Assembly (NCBI RefSeq): GCF_009914755.1
Contig: NC_060940.1
Strand: one strand, 5' to 3'
Origin: the human T2T-CHM13v2.0 reference genome, Homo sapiens
Length of the DNA stretch: 64,000 nucleotides
Notes under the pieces: model-generated
The model's database searches: none
What the model saw: the letters and a program-made list of their open reading frames with translations, nothing else
What the model was told of the DNA's origin: nothing
Translations under genes and position numbers: made by a program
Shown here: in pieces, positions 49,606 through 64,000 of the stretch
How the letters are laid out: every line of letters begins with the position of its first letter
Position numbering within the stretch: position 1 is the stretch's first letter

Positions 49606-50954
49606 TTATGAAAAGAACTAAATGACTTCACACACGTACAGTACCAAGCCCAGCGCCTGATGTGTGATGAGTGCTTGGCAAATATTTGTTAAATGGACAA
49701 GTGAAGTGTTTAGTGTCATACATTTATTCATTATAAGAAAGTCAGGATCTCTCCCTAAGAAGCTGAATGTGGATTTCCTATATGGGGCTCACCAGGAAGT
49801 TGGTTAACTGCCAACAAGCGTTGTGTCTTCAAGCCCTGGTCTGGAAAACAGTCCATCATCAATTTTACCTCCCAAGACTCGGTTCCCTCCCAGGAGCTTG
49901 TAAGTGAGGCAGACAGAGTTTAGTTAGTAATGGCAGTCAGGAAAAATAAACTTGCCTAGAGAAAGGGACAAAGAGAACCACAAACAGCTTATGTCGGGAA
50001 AAGGAATGTTTTCATCTCCTCAACATCTGTAATGCACATTTATCCTGTGATGAGCAATTGCACTTCTGTGTCTGACCTTGGGAAGACCCTGGAAAGTCTG
50101 GCCGGTTTGAAGACAAATGTATAAACCACACGCAAATTTCACAGCAAACCAACCAATAAATATTCTCCAAACTGCCCTTGACATGTAAATGTTACCATGA
50201 ATCTTAATGGCTTTATGCCCGAATCCTAGGCCTAGGAGCAGCCAGTAAAGTCCACGGAAAGATGTTCAAATGGGGTGTTGGTCAATGGAATGGCCCATTT
50301 TCCACTTTGCATAGGACAAACGTGATCCTGCTTGGATAGAAAGGGAGTTGTGTGAGCAAAGGAGGTGTGTGGGAAAGCCCAGGGCATGGCGGGGAGGAGC
50401 AGGTCAGTCTCTGAGGCTGGCATGTTGGACACTCCATGACCTTGACGCCATTTTGCTCCAGAAATTTCTGCACCAACCAGCTGTGCACAGGTGTAGCCAG
50501 CACACTGCCTAGCTGCACCATGTACATCTTGCTTTCAGCCCAGCCTCTCTGCCACCGCCTCATGGGACCTGCAGAAGCCATCGAGCCACAGAAATGCCAA
50601 GGACACGTCACCCTGTGGGACAGCCCACACCAGCGCAGGGAGAGAGCAGTAACCCCCGTGGAGCCTGCACACGTCCTCAGAAAGCCCCTGATGGAACCGG
50701 GTCCCAACTGCCTGCCAGGACGAGCGACAGTCCTGGCTTCAGTTGATTCTCCTCGTGCCACTTCCCCAAAGGGAGCATTTTACTGGATGAAACCAACTTG
50801 AGGAACTTATGAAATTTAGTAATTTACCAAAAATGTGCTTATTTTAGCTCGTTATAATGTATACAGTAATTTATATTGGATGGGATGGTTTTGATAGATT
50901 TTGAAGATTTCTGCAAAGCTCTAAGTAACTGGGTTTTTTGGGGGGTGGGGCTTA

Positions 50955-51235
50955 TTTTTGAGACAGGGTCTCACTTTGTCACCCAAGCCTGAGTGCAGTG
51001 GCGCAATCACGGCTCACTGCAGCCTTGACCTCCTGGGTTCAAGAGATCTTCCTCGGCCTCCTGAGTAGCTGGGACTACAGGCGTGTGCCATCATGCCTGG
51101 CTAATTTTTTAATTTTTATAGAACGGGGTCTCACTATGTTGCCCAGGTTGGTCTCAAACTTCCAGGCTCAAGTTATCTGCCCTCCTTGGCCTCCCAAAGT
51201 GCTGGGATTGCAGGCATGAGCCACTGCACCTGGCC
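50955..51235 (-). mobile_element. AluJ
   Basis: Reverse Alu; outer flanks CTAAGT(A/G)ACTG. Confidence 0.9.
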
Positions 51236-52022
51236 CCTAAGTGACTGATTCTCATTTTGTCTTCACAATAGCATTTCCTCAGCAAAAGGCGAAAGACATA
51301 CAGGAGACTTGGCACACACAGTGGCCTGGGCTGCTGACGCTTGGAGGGGCAGTGGGAGACAAAGTGAGGTGGTATGAGGAGGAGGGTGTGCTGCGCCCAC
51401 CCCCCCTCCCCCCGCAATCCTCTTGCCCTAACAACCCTGCCAGGTTGAACACCCCGCTCTGGGCGCTGCCGGCTTTAGGCATCACCTCCAATTCCTGATG
51501 GCTCTGGGGCTTCTATAGCCTTCTCTATAAAGAGGGACTGCACCATCTGCCCTCAGGGGTAATAACGAGGGCAAAGTAAGACACCATATGTTTAGCTCTT
51601 ACTGCAGCAGGAGTTTGGTCCGCATGGGATGCTTTTATTGTTACTGTTGCCACAGATCTTGTCTGAGGAGCTCCTGCAATCCTGAGGAAACAGGTGGAAG
51701 GTGTAAGATTCCCCTCGGCTGGAGACCTGCTCATTTTTCAAGATCTTTCCTGAGCACCATCTCTGCCCCAGCACTGGGCTGAGCACTGGGCACATGCGGA
51801 GCCCCAACACTGCCCCCAAAGGCTTCCGGCCTGGACCCTGAAGGAAGACAGGCTGGGAGCACGGGACAGCACCAGGGAGCAGCCTCTCCAGGAAGAGGAG
51901 CCCAAACGGGCAGAAATGGGGCGGGAAGGGCTCTCTTGGCAGAGAGGGTCAGATGACTGAGAACTTTACACACCAAGAGGGAAAATCTATTCTTGCATTC
52001 AGTGAAAGCACTCCTTTTGTGA

Positions 52023-52397
<375 letters not shown>

Positions 52398-53006
52398 TAG
52401 CTAGTTTCTGAACTCCTGCCTCCTGCAGAGATTCTCTCAGGCATGCAGGTGCCCTGCCCTCCCCATGGTCTACCTCCATGAAGTTGCACTCAGTCCTACT
52501 CTGGCCCCAAACCCCTTTGAACAAAACCCATGGAATGGTGTGGCTGTCTGAGCCTCGGTCTCCTCACCTGTCAAATGTAAGAGTGAATCAATGTCATGCA
52601 TGTAGGATGTCTGTGGAACACCTGGCAGGGAGAAAACAGTGAATAGTAACTATCGTTACTGCTGGTGCTCAAAAAATATCAGTCATTTGCTTGAGTCCAG
52701 GAGTTTGAGGCTGCCGTGAGCTATGACTGAATCACTGCAGTTAAGCCTAAGCGACAGAGGGAAATCCCATCTCTTCAAAAGAAAAAAAAAAGCCCTATTT
52801 TCTTCACGTTTTCCATCACAGAAAAGCAAAACATTCAGATCTAGTAATTAATACTTCAGCAAAGAAGGCTCATGAGCCCATTTCTTTTAAGCATCTTCTT
52901 AACATTTCTGAGCCTGTCAGTAATCACTTTCCCATGTACTGGGTGGTACTGAGTAATTATCTCCAGCTCTCCCCAGGTCCAAGGTATTCTGCTGCAGAAA
53001 CGTGAC

Positions 53007-53527
53007 GTGTATGAGTTAGCTAGTGCTGTGTAACAAATTATACTGAGACTCAGCAGTTTCAAACAACCACCGTTGAACATCTCTCACAGTTTTTGAGAGT
53101 TGGGAATCCAGGAGCAGCTCATCTGGGTGGTTCTGGCTCAGTCTTGCTAGTTAAGTGGATGTCCAGGGCTGCAATCCAGGATTGCATGACGGGGCCTAAA
53201 GGATCCGCTGCCGAGCTCACTCGTGTGGCTGCTGAGATTTCAGCTCCTTACCATGTGGCATGGTCACAAGGCTGATGGTGATGTAGCAGCTGGTTTCCCC
53301 AGAGCAAAGGGTCCAAGAGAAAGGAGAGAGGAGAGAGAGAGGGAAAGAAACCAAGAGGGAAGCAACAGGACCTTTTATGACCTAATCTTGGAAGTACTGT
53401 GGCATCACTTCTGCAGATTCTATTGGTCACACAGACCTATGTGATATAATGTAGGAGGGGCTACACAAGCACGTGAATTCCAGGGGGTGGGACTGCTGGG
53501 GGCTATCCTGGAGGCTGGCTACCACGA
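53007..53527 (-). mobile_element. MLT1F/G/H-type MaLR LTR
   Basis: GCTGTGTAACAAATTA...CTCACAGTTTTTGAGAGTTGGGAATCCAGGAGCAGCT...GGAGGCTGGCTACCAC. Confidence 0.8.
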
Positions 53528-54894
53528 CATGTCTGAGATCAGTTCCCAAGGACACCATCCCATCTGGGAACACAGATGGGAGCAGCTACGTCTTCCTCTG
53601 GTGCGTCTTCAAGTGTGGCTGCCATCCATTAGAATCAAGAGCTGAGATGGCAGCTCCTGAAAAGGATGGGAAGGCTGTGACCTCACAGTCCGTGGGGGAG
53701 GTTGGTGCGTATTTTTCTCACCAGCTGCAAGACAACTGGTGGGAAAATGCTCAAGGCATTAACACTTCCCTAAGGTGAGCACAGTCATTTCAGCACATTA
53801 GCAGGCTGGACTCATAAGCATTTCAGAAACTCAAGTGAGAACCAGAGCCGGGAGGTCAAGCTGGCAAGTCGTTTCAGATGGTCTTAAATTTTATTTAAAA
53901 AGGAAGAATGCAGGATTGCACAAACAGGGGCTTTCTGTGCCAGACCTGGCCATAATCAGCTTCTCTCTCACCTGGGAGGACAAAAGTAAAAGAGATGTTT
54001 GGAAACCCCAAGAAAACGTATTTAGAGCAGTTGAAGGTGGGGTGGGTGGGAAGGAAAGTAACTATTTCCATAGAAAAGAAATGATGACATGATAATATTT
54101 TCGTTTTACATCTTTTCACTGTTTCCAGAGGTAGACAATTACAGCCTCTTGGTTTCCTTCCAATCGAGCCCTTGAACCAGGACCCTAAGGGACCCCAGGG
54201 ATCTGAAAGGAAGTCACAGTGACTTGGGTAGCAAAGGGCAGTTCCAGGGCTCTGGCTCTCCCAGGCCCCTGCACATTTCACATCTACACCGTGAGAGGCA
54301 GCAGAGCCAAAATCCAAGCTTTGCACCCCCATTTCCTCATCTAGAAAATGGGGATGCCAATGGTACCTGCTTCAGAGTATGACATTACTATGGAGGATGC
54401 ATTCAATACCTGCAGCTCAATCTGTGCCTGGCACTGGCTGAGCACGTCACCAGCACTACCTCACTTAGCAGGTAAAAAAATGAACATCCAGAAATTTGAA
54501 GTCGCTGGCCTTGCCCAGAGGGCTATGTTCACCAATTGCCACCAGGGCTGTTGGACCCCAGACTGCGTCTCAGCCTGGGCAGCTCAGTGTTACTCTTCAT
54601 CCAACCAGCGAGCCAGTGTCACCCCTCAGTGTCTCAGAGGCCCCTCCAACTGAGCTCCTCCTCTCCTCCACTCCTCTGCCCCTGCCCCTCCCCGACACAG
54701 CCCCACCTGCCCCTCTTCCATCCTGTCCTCACCTGTGTCCCATTCAGGATGAGCAAATCAGCTGCAGTACCCAGTCTCTGGGAGCTGACACTCCAGTGCA
54801 AGGGGACACATGGGACGCAAGATGCACAAAACAAAGAAAACAGACGGGCAGCCCTGGCTTACGATGGCTGGGCCTAACCATGTTTTGACTTTAC

Positions 54895-55400
54895 ATAGAT
54901 GCGTGGATGAGTCAATCAGTAGGTGTATAGATAGACAGATAATACATGAATGAGTGGCTGGGTGAATGGGTGAGTATGTGGATAGGTGGGTGGCTGGGTG
55001 GGTGAGTGGGTGGATGGATGGATGGATGAATGGATGAATGGATGAACAGATGAGTGGGTGGGTGAATGAGAGTGTGTGTGAGTGAATGGATAAATGGATG
55101 AGTGGGTAGATGGGTGGGTGAGTAGGTGGGTAAATGGAGGGGTAAATGAAAGGACAGTGGATGAATTGTTGAGTGGATGGGCGAGTTGATGGACGAGTGA
55201 TAGGTAGATGAATGGATGGTGGCTGGCTGGCTGGCTGGGTGAATGGGTCAGTGGATGGATGAATGAGTGACTGAAGGATGAATGAGTGCCTGAAGGATGA
55301 ATGGATGGATAGGTAGACGAATGATGAACAGATGGATAGGTGGGTGGATGGATGGATGGATGAGTGGATGAGGGTACTGATGAACAGATTAGCAAATGGA
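54895..55400 (+). repeat. Degenerate (TGGA/TGAA/TGGG)n simple repeat
   Basis: About 500 bp of GGATGGATGAATGGGT-type units; explains the long His/Pro/Ser ORFs on the minus strand. Confidence 0.95.
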
Positions 55401-56294
55401 GGAACAGAATCATTGTTCTGGTTGTAAGAAGCCCAACTCCTTCCTTTAGGAGAAGTACTAGAAATGTCCATGTTTGTTTTCTGCAGTCTTTGACAAATGT
55501 TCTACAGTCGAACAAGGTCTGGCTGTAAAATGCCTCTTCCTTTTCTGAGGAAAAACAGCACCTCTTTTTTCTTTCTTGCAAGTGACGCAAAACATTTCAC
55601 ATGGCCTCAAACAGATCTAGCACCTAAGGGTCAGGAGCTGGAAACTTCACCAAACACATACATCATTACAGTTCTCCTGAAAGTAATGGTGCCACTATTT
55701 ATGACCATGAATACGGCATTAAACAAATACTGAGATGGGGAGAGCTCGTTACTCAAGGCCATTAAACAGCTCAGGAAGAGTGCAGTTATGTTAGAAGCCA
55801 ATTAAGAGGACTCACACCGGTTGTCAGCAGCCCACGAGGTGCTGGGACGTCCCCTAGCACATAGTAGGCACCTCGTAAAATGCGTAAACCAAAACAAGAG
55901 AGTCAGATTAGCAGTCCAACAACAGGGCTATCTGGAACACTGCCCTTCATCATCCCCTGGGCCGCGTGCAACATGGACCACAATGCTCAAGAGTCCAGGA
56001 CCATTCATGAACACACAGAGCAAACAATGCACCTCAATGGTAAATACCAATGATTTAGTCATTTATTTATCAAACACTTCCTGAGCACTTGCCTGCCAGG
56101 CACTGTTAAAAGTGCTTTATAATTATTAATTCATTAAATCATCATAGCAACCTTATGAGGTAGAAGCCATTATTATCCCCATTTTAAATATGAGGAAACT
56201 GAGGCGCAGAGATCCAACACACAGTAAGCTACGGAATCAGGATGTGAACCAGACTATTCAGCTCACAGTTCATGTCTGAAACAGACAGCAAAGA

Positions 56295-56461
56295 GGAGGA
56301 GCCTGATGAAGGTTCATTATACCACAGGTGCTTACACACACTCCCTTATCTAGGGGGAGGAGCCTATTGAAGGTTCATTACACCACAGGAATTTACAGAC
56401 ACTCCCTTATCTAAGGGGAGGAGCCTGCTGAATGTTCATTACACCACAGGAGTTTACACAC
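56295..56461 (+). repeat. 61-bp tandem repeat, about 2.7 copies
   Basis: GGAGGAGCCT starts at 56295, 56356 and 56417. Confidence 0.92.
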
Positions 56462-56586
56462 CTTTTTGTGGAGAACAGGGTCTCGGTATATTGCCCAGGC
56501 AGTTCTCAAACTCCTGGGCTCAAGCGATCCTCCCATCTCTGCCTCCCTAAGAGCTGAGATAACAGGTATGAGCCACTGTGCCCGGC
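56462..56586 (-). mobile_element. FLAM/FAM-type Alu monomer
   Basis: GGGTCTCGGTATATTGCCCAGGC...GAGCCACTGTGCCCGGC. Confidence 0.85.
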
Positions 56587-57483
56587 TCTAAAAGCTTTTG
56601 AGTCCTATTTTGTAGGCCCCAGTGAAACAGTGTATCCAGTTCATGATCACCAAGGGATGCTAAAGCCATGGGCAAGGTCTGCTGGGCTCGGGCTGACTTG
56701 CCAGGGCCTCCTGGTCAGTCTTTGCATTTCAAGAGTGAGGCCTACAGCGTCGTGAGCCTGCTGACACATGCATGGCGGGCACGGAGCCCGGCCCAGGAAG
56801 CCGCCTTACAGAAAATATGACAGGCCAGTCTATCAAACCTTTAGGTCAACTACAAGTTTACAGGAAACACGGAGCAGAGAAGAGGGAAAATGCAAGGTGG
56901 TTAGATTTTTTTTTAAACTTTGCCCCTTTTAAAAATTTCAGATTCATATACCTGTTTTTATAGGCAGAACGGTTTCTGGGAGGAAGGAGAGAAGGTAGGA
57001 TAAAGGGCAGTGGGTGGAGGACCTTGCTCAGACAGAGAGCAGAGGTCAGCTGGGGGTGCAGGGTGGAGGCTGAGGCTCCTGAAGCTCACGTGGGCAAGGA
57101 GCTGTGCTTCACAATCACCTCCTAGGGGACTCTGCCTGGCGCTGCAAGCACCCCAGAACCCAGGATCTCCCACTGCCCAGAGCCCATGCTGTCGGCGATG
57201 TGAGGGGCGAACCTCAGCAGCCAGGGCAGAGTGGCCGAAGACACACGCGGACACCTGCTCTCCACCACCTCCTGCTCCCCACCTGGGACCAGGGAGCTGG
57301 TGTCCTGTGATTTCTGGAATCTCACACCCTGCCAGTGTGCTGGGAAGGACACAATTGCCTGGCTGGTGCTGAGACGACATCCCCACATCTGGAATGCCAA
57401 GGTGGCCTCCTCCGGAATGCCGCCCCTTCCACTGCTCATGGGTTGGCCTGAAGGTTTGTTGTTTTAACATAAAAACGGGGCCT

Positions 57484-57798
<315 letters not shown>

Positions 57799-58983
57799 TC
57801 AAACAGCACTATCTCTCTTGGAAATGACAAAAGTGAAAACAGGAAGCTTCCAAGTGCCCCAGTGGACTCCCAGGGCTCCCAGATCCCCCAGTGCAATGCC
57901 CACCAGAGAAAACAGCAGGTATCCAAAATCAACAAGTACTTATGCGGCACCTGTTGTGTGTCAAGCATGGCAAGAGTCCCTGGGACAGCTACAAAAGCTC
58001 CATGACACTCAACACCACTGAGCCTCAGCCCAGCCTGGACCAAACATCACTAAGTGATCACAGAGGTTCTTCCTCAAGGGCCTGGTGACCTCAGGGGTCT
58101 TTGCTACAGTGCCCAGGCAGCACAACCCATTTGCAATTCCTCTAACGGGGAGGCTTGGAAAGGGTCTCCCCAGAGTGGACAAGTGGAGAGGCAGCACCTG
58201 GAACTGGGAGGCCGCCGAAGGAAAGGTGGCCTGGATGGGCTGCAGGAGAGCCAAGGCCAAGTCTCGCATCTGCCACCAGCTTTTGTGGGGCTTGGGACAG
58301 GGCATGGCCCTCTCTGGGCCTCACTGTCCCCATCTGCGAATGAGGTGATTGGACCAGTGTCCCCACGGCCCCTCCCAGGCCTCAAGTCTTGGCACATGGG
58401 TCACCAGAGAGCTCTCAGAAGGTGGGGCCAGGCACTGCCAGGAGCAGCCCGAGAAGCCACCAAGGCCTGGACTGGGCCAGGCTGGGCAGACTGCAGTGCC
58501 TCCACCTGCCATGGCGGCCTGGCTGGGCCAGTGGGACTCCAGCCACATGTGGTTCATGGCTCCTGAACCAGACGGTACAGATCAACTTTTCCACCATCAC
58601 AGAAAGTTCCACTGGGCAGGGCTGGGCTGTGTGGTCATTACCCAGTTAATGGCCTGGGGCAGAGTGAGGGGAAGAGAGGCAGAGGGGAGGAAAAAGGAAG
58701 GGAGCAGGGGAGGAGGAAGGGAGGGCTGTGTGGCTGGGTGGAAGGGAGATGGGGAGGAAGGGACAGAGTGTTTCTCTGGGCTCCTGACTTGAGTCCAGGG
58801 TGCAGACAACAGGAGCATCTTCTCCAAAACCCTTTAAACGGTTACCCCACATTTCACCTCCCCTGGCCCCACCAGGTCCAGGAAGTCACAGCTCCCTCTC
58901 CCACAAACCATGGGCTGACCTGGGCAACTGAAGCCCCCTCCAGCCCTGGCCTTCTGGGGCTTCTATGCTAAAGTCTCTCAACA

Positions 58984-58997
58984 GTGCCCTCTTGTGG
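58984..58997 (-). promoter_or_regulatory. Candidate CTCF core motif
   Basis: Minus strand CCACAAGAGGGCAC matches CCASYAGRKGGCRS at 13 of 14 positions. Confidence 0.45.
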
Positions 58998-59199
58998 CTC
59001 CTAACGCCAAGTTTCACGACAACGCCTGCAGGCGGAGAGCTGCCTGGGGTCCGTCTATGGAAGCCGTGGTCCCGTGTGGGCTGCAGCAACATTGTCACTG
59101 GGTTATTCAGGACATGTGGTGCAGCCTCAGGTACCACTCCCCAAGAGCACACCTGCACAGATGTAGACAACAGAGCCAAATAACCCCACCCACCTGGAA

Positions 59200-60330
59200 C
59201 ACAGCCACTGCCACCACCACCGAGGTCCAGACACCATCGTCCCCCACCAGGTTTCCTGCTGCAGCCTCCAAGCTGGTTTCCCGTGTCCACTCTTGCCACT
59301 CTATTCCATCCAACACTCTTCAGCTGGAGTGGTTTCTCCAAAATGCAGCCTGTGGTCACGGGCTGCTGTGGCCGCTGCCTTGACCTGTCCTCCCTTGCCA
59401 CTGACACGGCCAGGGGACCCAAGCCTTCATGGCCTTCTCGAATATGCCCTGAACCTGGCTGTGGTGCAGGATTTAGCCACACAAATGTGAAGCCCTGACA
59501 GCCTCCCAAAGCCTCCCATGCTCTCTGCCATCCGCTTCATCCTCCAGTGCTCTTGGCTGCCCATGCCACGACCCAGCCACCCTAACTGGATTAAGTGGCC
59601 GGAATGCCCCCACCTGTCACCTCCAGACTGTCCACCCCTGCTGTGCCTGTGCCCTGGCACTCTGGTCTCACCTTTCATTGCCAGGTTTCCTGGAATTGTC
59701 TTCAGGTCTCTGCTCCGATGGCGCTTCCTCCCTGACTGGTGAGATGGGATCTGCTCACCTTGTCTTATCTTGAGTTCACCCCAAAAGCAGAGCCTGAGGC
59801 AAGGATTGAGCGCAAGTGTTTTCTGGGGGAGGTGATGCAGGAAGCCCTGTGAGGGAGTGGGAAGGTGAGGGGAGGAAGGAGAGCTGGGATGAAGGAAATT
59901 AGCAAGAAGGTGGCCCCAGTGGGCGGTACGGGCTCAGTCCTGCTGGGAACACGGCCCAGAGTCATCCCCATCGAAGGATGCGGGGGCAGAAGTGCTGACC
60001 CACACCTCCCACCCATCATCGGCCAAGGGCTGCTCCTGGGGCATCACGTCCTGTACATCCAGCCTGTCCCTGCAGTGGCTCCCACAGCAAGAACACCCCA
60101 GAAAGAGGTTGCTGGTCCTTGTGGCAACGTGGGAATGGTTAGCAGGTCACTGACGGAGCTCCTGGGCCCTCCTTGTGTTCATGTGTGCCTCAGGCAGGAT
60201 GGCAACGACCCCCACCTGAATTACAATACCCTCGCTGCGCAGTGGCACCCTGGAGGCAGCACATGTCTTCTTATGCTGTCTCCCTGGTGCCAGGCATCCA
60301 ATAAATATGTGCTGATTGAATAAATGATGT
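59200..60330 (+). mobile_element. L2 fragment interrupted by an LTR33/LTR16-like ERVL LTR (~59761-60100)
   Basis: L2 CCACTGCCACCACC...GTCCAGACACCATC and tail CAATAAATATGTGCTGATTGAATAAATGA; LTR start TGTCTTATCTTGAGTTCACCCCAAAAGCAGAGCCTGAGGCAAGGATTGAG. Confidence 0.6.
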
Positions 60331-60556
60331 TTAAAGTTGCCCTAGGGCCACTGAAGATGTGCCCCTGGAGAACACGGCTTCCACTCCCTCCACGGTGGCC
60401 ACTGCAGATACGGATGTGCCCAAGATACACCGAGGCCCTGGCCCGTCACTGTAGCCCTCTTTGTTCTGTATATCTGAGACTCCCACGTCTTTCTTCCTTG
60501 TCTCTAAGGTGAACCCCCCAGTTCAAGCATCCCAGAGTCTGGTTCCTGTTTGACAC

Positions 60557-60846
60557 TTTTTTTTAGAGAGACAGGGTCTTACTGTGTTGCCCAGGCAGGA
60601 GTTGCAGGGGTGTGATCACAGTTCATTGTAGCCTTAAACTCCTGGGCTCAAGAGATCTTCCCACCTCAGCCTCCCAAGTAGTTGGGACTAGAGGCATGCA
60701 CCACTATGCCTGGCTAATTTTTATATTTTTTGTAGAGACAGGGTCTCGCTATGTTACTCAGTCTGGTCTCGAACTCCTGGCCTCAAGTAATCTTCCCCAG
60801 CCTCTTGAGTAGCTGGGATTACAGGTGCGAACTACTGTCTGAGCCT
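60557..60846 (-). mobile_element. AluJ
   Basis: Reverse Alu; TSD TGTTTG(A/T)CAC. Confidence 0.9.
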
Positions 60847-61019
60847 GTTTGTCACCTTTAGGTCCTCCGTTTGGTCACCCCCGGAGGAATGTGTCCTTTC
60901 CTTCCTGCCCAGGCAGTAATAACAGAGATCTGCTCAGGGGAGGAACTGAGTGGTTTCTATTTTCTTCTTTGTAGTTTTCTGTATCCTTAAAGTCTTTCAC
61001 AGTGAATTGTGTTGCTTCT

Positions 61020-61636
61020 ACAATTAAACTTATCATTTTGAGATAATTACAGAGTCATGTACACATATAATAAATAATACAGAGAGGCCAGGAACAGTGG
61101 CTCACACCTGTAATCCCAGCACTTTGGGAGGCCAAGGCAGGCAGATCACTTGAGGTCAGGAGTTTGAGACCAGCCAGGCCAACATGGTGAAACCCCATCT
61201 CTACTAAAAATACAAAACTTAGCCAGGCGTGGTGGTGTGAGCCTGTAATCCCAGCTACTCAGGAGGCTAAGGTGGGAGGATCACCTGAGCCCCAGGGACG
61301 GAGGTTGCAGTGAGGCAAGATCGCACCACTGCACTCCAGCCTGGGCGACAGAGTGAGACCCGGTCTCAAAAAAAAAAAAAAAAAAAAAGAGAGATAATAC
61401 AGAGAAGCCCCATGTTATCCTTTATTCGGTTTGCCCCAATTGGTAACACATGGCAAAACCATAGTACAATACTGCAACCAGAACACTGCCACTGATGTGT
61501 TTCCAGCCACAAGAATGCCTCGCGCTGCCCCTCTATAAACACAGGCCCTTCCTTCCCACCAGACCCAGACCCTTCCTGAGCTCCCAGAAACCACTAATCT
61601 GCCTCCATTTCTATAATTTTATCATTTCATGGTGTT
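61020..61636 (-). mobile_element. L1MC-type 3' fragment with a plus-strand AluS (61086-61390)
   Basis: CCACTAATCTGCCTCCATTTCTATAATTTTATCATTTCA; Alu TSD ATAATACAGAGA. Confidence 0.7.
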
Positions 61637-63490
<1,854 letters not shown>

Positions 63491-63699
63491 ATTCAATTCA
63501 CATATACAATGTTATGCTACTTAAAGGGAGACCCACCTGACACAGGTGCTGAAACCATTTTCGGGCCCTCATCCAGTGGGTCTGCTGTCCCTGAAGAGAC
63601 ACTCGGAAATAGCTGCCCTCCCCCAGGGACACGGACATGGGGACAAGTCCCCCCTTAATGAAGGGAAATCAGAGGTCATCATTTAAGAGGTGGCCAGTT

Positions 63700-63959
63700 T
63701 AGAGTTTCACAAATAACATTTATTGACCACATTCATAACAGAAACTCACCCACATTCACATGAACTTTGCTACAACCAAGAATCACCTGATGAGAAATCA
63801 TTTGGGTTGAATCCTGGGTGTGGATTCTGTTCTGAGAAGACAGCGACTGTCACAGACGCCTCCTGATTGGTGGACTCTCAAAGATCTTGATCGTGACACA
63901 TTTTTGTGGCTGTTCTTGACAGTAGCTGAAGATTCCAACTTCAAACCCCAAAACACTGG
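63700..63959 (-). other. Candidate terminal exon of a minus-strand transcript whose upstream exons lie outside the window
   Basis: Minus strand reads TAGTAAC (branch-like), TGTCTCTCTTTGCTTTC, CAG| with the AG at 63961-63960. About 235 nt of apparently unique sequence follow, then AATAAA at 63724-63719. Confidence 0.55.
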
Positions 63960-64000
63960 CTGGAAAGCAAAGAGAGACAGTTACTAGGACCCGGCCCCAG

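Noticed and set aside
54758-55590. Longest ORFs (237 and 224 aa)
   Set aside because: Translations of the (TCCA)n simple repeat; low complexity.
56295-56461. Repeat arrays as CRISPR-like
   Set aside because: Plain tandem units with no unique spacers, in primate DNA with no cas genes.

Overview
Primate (most likely human) non-coding genomic DNA, intergenic or deep intronic, rich in repeats. It holds about 40 Alu copies or fragments, many old L1M/L1P and L2 fragments, MIRs, MaLR/ERVL/ERV1 LTR relics, hAT and mariner MITEs, and microsatellites. No intact protein-coding gene is supported: the ORF-track hits are Alu/L1-derived, low-complexity or chance ORFs. The one clearly recognisable gene-derived sequence is a full-length processed RPL39 pseudogene (29031-29448) with a premature stop, poly(A) and target-site duplication (TSD). 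The last ~300 bp look like the terminal exon of a minus-strand transcript that starts beyond the window. The most unusual structure is an ERV1 LTR (MER39-like) fragment with hallmarks of L1-mediated retrotransposition: 5' truncation, an end just after AATAAA, an A-rich tail and a 17-bp TSD. It sits in a MER58A that also carries an Alu monomer and abuts an MST LTR. Other oddities are a self-templated AT-rich insertion, several short tandem duplications that multiply transcription-factor motifs, an AluYd-type element and an Alu/L1 microhomology junction. I found no evidence of a new multi-gene system. Repeat family names come from recalled consensus sequences and boundaries are approximate.
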